Source of the DNA: a virus
Lineage: Duplodnaviria > Caudoviricetes
Virus record (IMG/VR): IMGVR_UViG_3300042988_002177
Coordinates: 1-29,805 of that record
Length of the DNA stretch: 29,805 bases
Reading direction: 5' to 3' (one strand)
In this document: in pieces, positions 24,118-29,805 of the stretch
Numbering within the stretch: the first letter of the stretch is position 1
How the letters are laid out: each line of letters opens with the position of its first letter
Made by a program: the position numbers and the translations under genes
The notes under the pieces: generated by a model
What the model was told of the DNA's origin: nothing
Databases searched by the model: none
What the model saw: only the letters and a program-made list of their open reading frames with translations

Positions 24118-27100
24118 TGCCATCTTCAAGTATATTTTCAGGCAGCCCTTTATTCCTCATCGATGCAGGACCGGTGCAGGCTGGTCAGTTGTATGTAAAA
24201 TTCTCTCAAGACCCATTAGCTGCGTCAAGTAGTGGCGCAAATGATGCATTAAATCCAAATAACTATTCATTAACTGGATTGGCATATGTAACCGTAACTA
24301 GCGTCACCCCAGTCTCTGGCAATCCACAGAGGTTTATATTAAATACAAATGTTCCCCTACAAAACGGGGACTGGAGACTTACTGCCTCTAATATAGAGAC
24401 TCCTGCTACAAATCCATTAGTTGCTCCGACTTTTATTGATTTTGAAATATCAGATATTTCATCAATTCCATCAATTTCTCAAGGCGCGGTACAGCAAACA
24501 TCAAAGAATATATTAAGGAATTATGTTCCAAGGGCAATAAAGGGAAATGCGGTTGATGCCTTATTAGATGCATTTTCTGTTGGTGACGAATATAACAACA
24601 AATTAGCTCAAGATGCCTGGAATCAATTGACTATAATCAATTCCAGCGGCAAATACTTAGATAGGAATGCAAGCAATGTAGGTCTTTTAAGACCACAAAA
24701 CACAGGAATGGCGGACTCTTTATTTAGAGAGTACGTAATTAATGTAACATCAGAAAAGGTTACATTACAGTCCTTTCTTAAAGTTCTTGAGATATTCTAT
24801 GGGGAAGACTCCACTAGAGCCCACCTTAGTTCCACAATAGTAGAAACTTACAATATACAAGACGGCGATACATTAAATCTAAGTATTGACAATAAGAACA
24901 TATTGGTAATATTTAGCCCAAATGACTTTGAAGTATACGGAGCGGCTACAGCAGAAGAGGTCGCAGCTGTAATAACAAGATATTGTGAATCAAACGGCTC
25001 TACTGCATTTGCTAAGTCTTACTTAACCACCTCTGGAAGAATAGTAAGAGTGTATTCTGGAGCATTGGGTATTCGAGGTAGAATTAGTTGTTTCGGTGGC
25101 TCTGCTCAACAAAAACTTAAGTTTCCACAAACTGTAGCCACTACACAAAACGCAACTACAGCTTGGACGGTTCAAGTAGCCGCTCCAGCAGTTTCTCCGT
25201 TCTTGAAAGGTGGCAGAGTTAGATTTACATATTCAGGGGTTGGAACCAATCCTAATCTACAGAACCTACAAGTCGGTAACTACGTAACCATATATGGGTC
25301 ACCGGCAAACTCCTTAAATAAAGGTTCTTTCAGAATTGAAGCTGTTAATTGGACCAGTAGTTCATCTCAATATTTTGAAATAGAGAATGTTTATGGAGTT
25401 AATCAATCGCTAGTACAAGTAGCCAGTAATGATTTAGAATTCTTTGCTCAACACGTATACACTGTAAATAACAACGTATTAAAATCATTTGTGTCTCAAA
25501 CTGAGCCAAATGTCACTGACGTTTATTTATCCGCAACTACACAGTCAGTAAATAGAGTCCCTGGAACCGGGGCGTATTTACATGAAGATTTCTTAACTAT
25601 GGCCAATAAAGTAGCCGTAGTTAGCATGTCAAGGGCTGCGAATGTTTTGACAGTAAACACAGACGGCAACCATAACTTAAACAACGGAGATAGAGTTTTA
25701 GTTTTGGCTTCATTTGGAGAGAATGTTGTACAATCTGGACCAGTTACAGTAGCTTCCGGAACTTCATTTACAATAAGTAATTTAGGCAATAATATTATAT
25801 TAACTAATGCCACTGGCAGTATTTATCCCACATTTAGGGATAATGACGGTAAATTGTATATAAAAACTACCACTGTACATGATTTGACTACTGGGAATTT
25901 AGTTAAAATAGATGGGACAGTAGCTGATACGGCTAATTTTAGCAAATACCAAGAAGTCCTTCCAGTCAACGGAGTTGGCGGAATGGACCTCTATGGTAGC
26001 ATTAAATTAAGCAATGGCAAAGTCTTGCAAGTTGGTGGAAGAATTGGTATTTCTCCTAGTAAAGACTGTTATATCTTCGACCCATCTACTAAGGTTTATT
26101 CTGCAGCATACAGCTTAGCAGATGAAAGAGACAGTCTTGAACTTTTTGAAATAAACTCTAATTATGTAATTGAAATGGGTGGCATTAAGTCAGGAGTTGC
26201 AAAGGCAACTACCTCAATATACAACATCGAAAACGACAGATGGACTGCTGGTGCCAGTATGTCGATTCCAAGGTACAAAAAGTTTGCAACTAAGCTTCAA
26301 AACGGGAAAATATTTGTTCATTCAGAGGAAGTTACAGAACTATATGACCCGGTATTAGATACATGGACTATATTAGAACCACTTCCATATGGATATCTTG
26401 GACCAAACTTAGTCACTCTAAATAATGGGAACGTATTCCTAGCTGGCGGTATTTGCACTACAGGTCCTAATACTGGCTTTAGAAACGATGAAACATTCAT
26501 TTATGACTTTACATACAATAAATGGATTAATATGTCACAAATAAGTGGCGTCAATAAAGAAATACAAGGAGATGCCTTCAGTTATTTAGACAATACAATG
26601 GGAGCCGATGGGACTGTAGTTATAGTAGGAGGCACCTTAGATTCACTCGATACAGAAGATACTACCGTTCAATACTATGACGTAGCTGCTAATAAATGGA
26701 ATACAGAGTGGAGTGGACTTAGCTTCCTTTCTTATGGTACAGCATATTGCCTAAATGCAGATGGCTATGTTGTAGCAGTTGGTGGTCCACTTACTACAGA
26801 TTCATATAGGCTATTAGATGTTAAAAACAAGAGAATTGTAGAATGTAGCGATACGTTCTTATCAACTGCCTACAATAAAGTCACATTATTGGATTCTGGA
26901 GATTTATTTCTGGGGGACAGTACAATGGCAGCCGCTACTATATACAGCGGATTTAAGTCACAAACTCTTTCTGGGCAATTAAACCAAATACTACCAATAA
27001 CTACATTAAGTACAACTTCTTTATATGTAGACACTTCCTCTATTACTGAATCTACCGGCTACAGCCCTATTTTAACCTCATATTTAGACTCAAACGATGA

Positions 27101-27689
27101 ATTAGTTAGCGCTAAATTGATAAAAATGCAAGCCAGCGAAGACACTGACGCTATTGGTCCATATTTATTCTCTCCCAAAGAAGGCTCTACTCTTAGTAAT
27201 ATAAGTGCCGTAATTAATCAGCAACTAAACGCGGGCAGTAGCTATCAATTTGTTACATTCACCTCAATACCCAGCTCTGCTCCGTCTTCTGGCTTTATTA
27301 TCTTTAATTTCGGATTAAATACAGAAACGCCTCCTATTGAATACTTAGCCAAACTTGGAACCACTCAATTAGTACTAGATTCAAGTTATATTTTTGAGAA
27401 CACAATCTTAAGTGGGCAAACAGCTATATTTGTAAAGAATGAGCCATATGCCCCACTTACACCTACATCTGGGTCAGCTTATTTAACTGATTCAATTTCA
27501 GGTAGAATAGCGGCTTCCAATACTATCGATAATATAACCGCAGCTGGTGTTATAATCAACAAAATAATAGATTATCCATCAGATATAGGACTTGGAAATG
27601 CAGGAAATGGTACAATAGGTGCTAAAGTATCAGATAAGGTCTATGTATGGGGTTCACAGGCTGAAGTCGAAGGAGCTAGGGAAGAATGA
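24117..27689 (+). CDS. Baseplate/tail protein with N-terminal Ig-like domain and Kelch-repeat propeller (1190 aa)
   Basis: SSGKYLDRNASNVGLLRP...DSLFREYV (baseplate wedge/tail-protein-I-like). Kelch repeats LSNGKVLQVGG..YIFDP, LQNGKIFV..ELYDPVLDTWT, LNNGNVFLAGG. Confidence 0.75.
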   Translation: MPSSSIFSGSPLFLIDAGPVQAGQLYVKFSQDPLAASSSGANDALNPNNYSLTGLAYVTVTSVTPVSGNPQRFILNTNVPLQNGDWRLTASNIETPATNPLVAPTFIDFEISDISSIPSISQGAVQQTSKNILRNYVPRAIKGNAVDALLDAFSVGDEYNNKLAQDAWNQLTIINSSGKYLDRNASNVGLLRPQNTGMADSLFREYVINVTSEKVTLQSFLKVLEIFYGEDSTRAHLSSTIVETYNIQDGDTLNLSIDNKNILVIFSPNDFEVYGAATAEEVAAVITRYCESNGSTAFAKSYLTTSGRIVRVYSGALGIRGRISCFGGSAQQKLKFPQTVATTQNATTAWTVQVAAPAVSPFLKGGRVRFTYSGVGTNPNLQNLQVGNYVTIYGSPANSLNKGSFRIEAVNWTSSSSQYFEIENVYGVNQSLVQVASNDLEFFAQHVYTVNNNVLKSFVSQTEPNVTDVYLSATTQSVNRVPGTGAYLHEDFLTMANKVAVVSMSRAANVLTVNTDGNHNLNNGDRVLVLASFGENVVQSGPVTVASGTSFTISNLGNNIILTNATGSIYPTFRDNDGKLYIKTTTVHDLTTGNLVKIDGTVADTANFSKYQEVLPVNGVGGMDLYGSIKLSNGKVLQVGGRIGISPSKDCYIFDPSTKVYSAAYSLADERDSLELFEINSNYVIEMGGIKSGVAKATTSIYNIENDRWTAGASMSIPRYKKFATKLQNGKIFVHSEEVTELYDPVLDTWTILEPLPYGYLGPNLVTLNNGNVFLAGGICTTGPNTGFRNDETFIYDFTYNKWINMSQISGVNKEIQGDAFSYLDNTMGADGTVVIVGGTLDSLDTEDTTVQYYDVAANKWNTEWSGLSFLSYGTAYCLNADGYVVAVGGPLTTDSYRLLDVKNKRIVECSDTFLSTAYNKVTLLDSGDLFLGDSTMAAATIYSGFKSQTLSGQLNQILPITTLSTTSLYVDTSSITESTGYSPILTSYLDSNDELVSAKLIKMQASEDTDAIGPYLFSPKEGSTLSNISAVINQQLNAGSSYQFVTFTSIPSSAPSSGFIIFNFGLNTETPPIEYLAKLGTTQLVLDSSYIFENTILSGQTAIFVKNEPYAPLTPTSGSAYLTDSISGRIAASNTIDNITAAGVIINKIIDYPSDIGLGNAGNGTIGAKVSDKVYVWGSQAEVEGAREE

Positions 27690-28105
27690 AATCTTTAACC
27701 GTAACAGCATCGACTTTAAAGGTCTACATAAGTGGCCGCTTATTTGGCATATGTACTGGCTTTAAACACAGCGTAGATTATAATAAAAAAGGCATTAATA
27801 GTATAGATTCTATTGGTCCGTTTGAGATTCTACCTGGGGTTGTAAACGTAAAAGGTGAGATTGAATGTACTAGAATCGGCGGATACGGTGGGCTTGAGGG
27901 TGCTGGAGTAGTCGCCTCAGAAGATGACTTATTACTAGAAAAGTACATTTCCATAGTATTAGTAGATAGACGCAGTAATAGTGTTATTTTCAAATGTCAA
28001 GATGCCTCAGTAACAAGCCAGAATTGGCAAGTAACAGGTAGAAGTGTGCTAAAAGGATCATTTACCTTTGAAGGCCTTTCTTGGAATAATGAATCGGAGT
28101 TTTAA
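27686..28105 (+). CDS. Tail tube-like protein (139 aa)
   Basis: Size and pattern (KVYISGRLFGICTG...PFEILPG...ISIVLVDR...FKCQ...QNW...SFTFEG) resemble the tube/tube-initiator fold; located in the baseplate cluster. Confidence 0.55.
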   Translation: MKSLTVTASTLKVYISGRLFGICTGFKHSVDYNKKGINSIDSIGPFEILPGVVNVKGEIECTRIGGYGGLEGAGVVASEDDLLLEKYISIVLVDRRSNSVIFKCQDASVTSQNWQVTGRSVLKGSFTFEGLSWNNESEF

Positions 28106-29805
28106 ATGAGTGTTAAAAGACAAGGTAATTTTTTAGGACAAATGAGACTTGATGTACCGGACCTTCGTTCAATCGAAAGTTCTGTTACAAATGACTTCGA
28201 CGACTTAGCTGGTAGAGCTATTAGCGGTAAACTACCGCTAGTAGTAAAAGGCCTTACTTTATCTACAGACGGTGCTGTCGGACAAAAAGCTACTTCATTG
28301 CAACTAAATGTAGCTGGCAGCGTGATTCTGCATTATACAGCTAGTGAGTCTGGAACAGTCTTTACTATTGATGACAATGTTGCTGCCGAAACACTGAATC
28401 AAACAAATAGTAACATTTTAGGTTATTTTGTCAATTCAGCAAGAAACTACATTGGTTTAGATTTATATAGAAATGCGGATTCAGCTACAATAGATAGTAA
28501 GCAATTCTTGGACCCAGGTTCTTCATCTGAGTTCTCACAAGACGTTCCATTAGCTAGAACTCTTAGATACAAGATAGTAATTAGTACCCAAAACTTCTCA
28601 TCTGCTACAAATGTCCTACCGATTGCCATAGTTTCAGTAGATGGCTCTGGGAACGTAGTTGATGTAACAGATGCCAGAAGGATGCTATTAGGCCTATCTA
28701 GTGGTGGTGATAGTCCCAGTATAGTAAATAAATATCCATGGGGAAATAGAACAGCAGTATCTCCTACATATACGGGCAGCGGAAGCAGCCCTTTTAGCAC
28801 TGAAGAGAAGAATTTTTCAAGCTTTAAAGGATGGATGGATGCCATAATGACTTCATTATGGGAAATCCGTGGTGGAGATTCGTGGTTTAGTAATCAAAAC
28901 AGAGACAATGTTAAATTAGCTTATGGTATTCCAGTATTAGCAAACGGAGACAATCTATGGTTTATTAATGGACTTTCTGTTACCAATACAGACGTATCTA
29001 AGACTGGTTATATAACTACAGTCACTCTTAACAATCATCCATTTGTTAATGGTAGCTTATTTTATATTACATACAATGTAGCAGATGCAGCTAGTTTTAC
29101 AAGCGGTGTTTATCAAATAACCTATATAAACCCAAATAGCTTCTCTTTTACAGAGCCAATTTCAGTTGGTGGTCCTGCAAGTCCAACTGTATCGCCCACT
29201 ATCGATAAAACACTAGCTTGGACTGGATTAAATGTATTATTTGAAAACAGTGGCGACAATAATATTTATTACAATACAATCACTAGCTGGTCTACTGTAA
29301 TAGAAGATAAATATTGTCTATACATTGACTTAGATAGGTCACAAAATACATCAGTAGTTCCAACTACGGCTGCGATAGCTAATATTGCAAGTAGTACTAT
29401 CCCGGGCAGAAGAATAATTCTTGCTTGGAGAAGCGGTAACTATGTATACAGTAGAGACAGAGCCTATGAAGTCGGGAGGACCTTCGCTGCAGCTACTACT
29501 TTGGCAATGGGTCATGTTAAGTTATCCAGAGCCTCTGCAACACCCGCCTCTCCTCCTGTAATTTCAGATGGTGGCGGTGATATATCAACAAATGATGCCT
29601 CAGCTAGCTTTAAATCACTATCAATTACTCATACTGGCGTAGGTGCGGGAAGTAATGCGTTTTATGCAGAATCTGTAACAAGTGCGATAAATGGCAAAAC
29701 TACATCAGCAACAGCAAGTGACTTTGGTGTCCAAGGTTGGACAACTGGTGCTGGATATGGATTATTTGGTAAAAGTACTGGTGCCGGAGCGGCAATTGGA
29801 GCTTC
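28106..29805 (+). CDS. Tail fibre-like protein, truncated by window end
   Basis: ATG directly after the previous TAA: MSVKRQGNFLGQMRLDVPDLRSIES... The in-frame ATTLAMGHVKLS (~29490-29527) resembles the phage tail-fibre repeat A(S/T)TxxxGxVxLS. Absent from the track because no stop falls in the window. Confidence 0.8.
   Translation, partial: MSVKRQGNFLGQMRLDVPDLRSIESSVTNDFDDLAGRAISGKLPLVVKGLTLSTDGAVGQKATSLQLNVAGSVILHYTASESGTVFTIDDNVAAETLNQTNSNILGYFVNSARNYIGLDLYRNADSATIDSKQFLDPGSSSEFSQDVPLARTLRYKIVISTQNFSSATNVLPIAIVSVDGSGNVVDVTDARRMLLGLSSGGDSPSIVNKYPWGNRTAVSPTYTGSGSSPFSTEEKNFSSFKGWMDAIMTSLWEIRGGDSWFSNQNRDNVKLAYGIPVLANGDNLWFINGLSVTNTDVSKTGYITTVTLNNHPFVNGSLFYITYNVADAASFTSGVYQITYINPNSFSFTEPISVGGPASPTVSPTIDKTLAWTGLNVLFENSGDNNIYYNTITSWSTVIEDKYCLYIDLDRSQNTSVVPTTAAIANIASSTIPGRRIILAWRSGNYVYSRDRAYEVGRTFAAATTLAMGHVKLSRASATPASPPVISDGGGDISTNDASASFKSLSITHTGVGAGSNAFYAESVTSAINGKTTSATASDFGVQGWTTGAGYGLFGKSTGAGAAIGA

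Noticed and set aside
14331-28845. Antisense and nested ORFs inside the large structural genes
   Set aside because: They are fully overlapped by long motif-bearing genes and show no independent features.
1-29805. Alternative genetic code (stop-codon reassignment), tRNA or rRNA genes
   Set aside because: Long genes are uninterrupted in the standard code and TAA, TAG and TGA all end tightly packed genes. No tRNA or rRNA signature was noticed by eye, though a tRNAscan run would be needed to exclude them.

Overview
This looks like a fragment of a large, AT-rich tailed (myovirus-like) phage genome in three parts. (1) 1-~770: a short, visibly GC-richer block of small + strand genes with a sigma70-type promoter and hairpins. 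It is followed by a strongly strand-skewed, repeat-rich non-coding stretch (~780-1190) where transcription converges. (2) ~1170-13170: a dense - strand accessory region of small genes. It holds a tandem array of seven Arg/Ser-rich paralogues, a metallophosphoesterase, a zincin lipoprotein and several membrane proteins. Most notably it holds a 530-aa TnpB/Cas12f-like RuvC nuclease whose stop codon lies inside the first repeat of a minimal CRISPR-like array (36-bp repeats, 37-38-bp spacers). A candidate anti-repeat/structured RNA sits in the gene's own 3' end, and no transposase or cas1/2/4 gene is in the window. (3) 13190-end: a + strand virion module with a degenerate dCMP-deaminase-like gene, a 2049-aa baseplate-J-like protein, two duplicated 346-aa genes, an Ig-like repeat protein, a Kelch-containing baseplate/tail protein, a tube-like protein and a truncated tail-fibre-like gene. 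All calls come from motif recognition by eye; no database searches were run.
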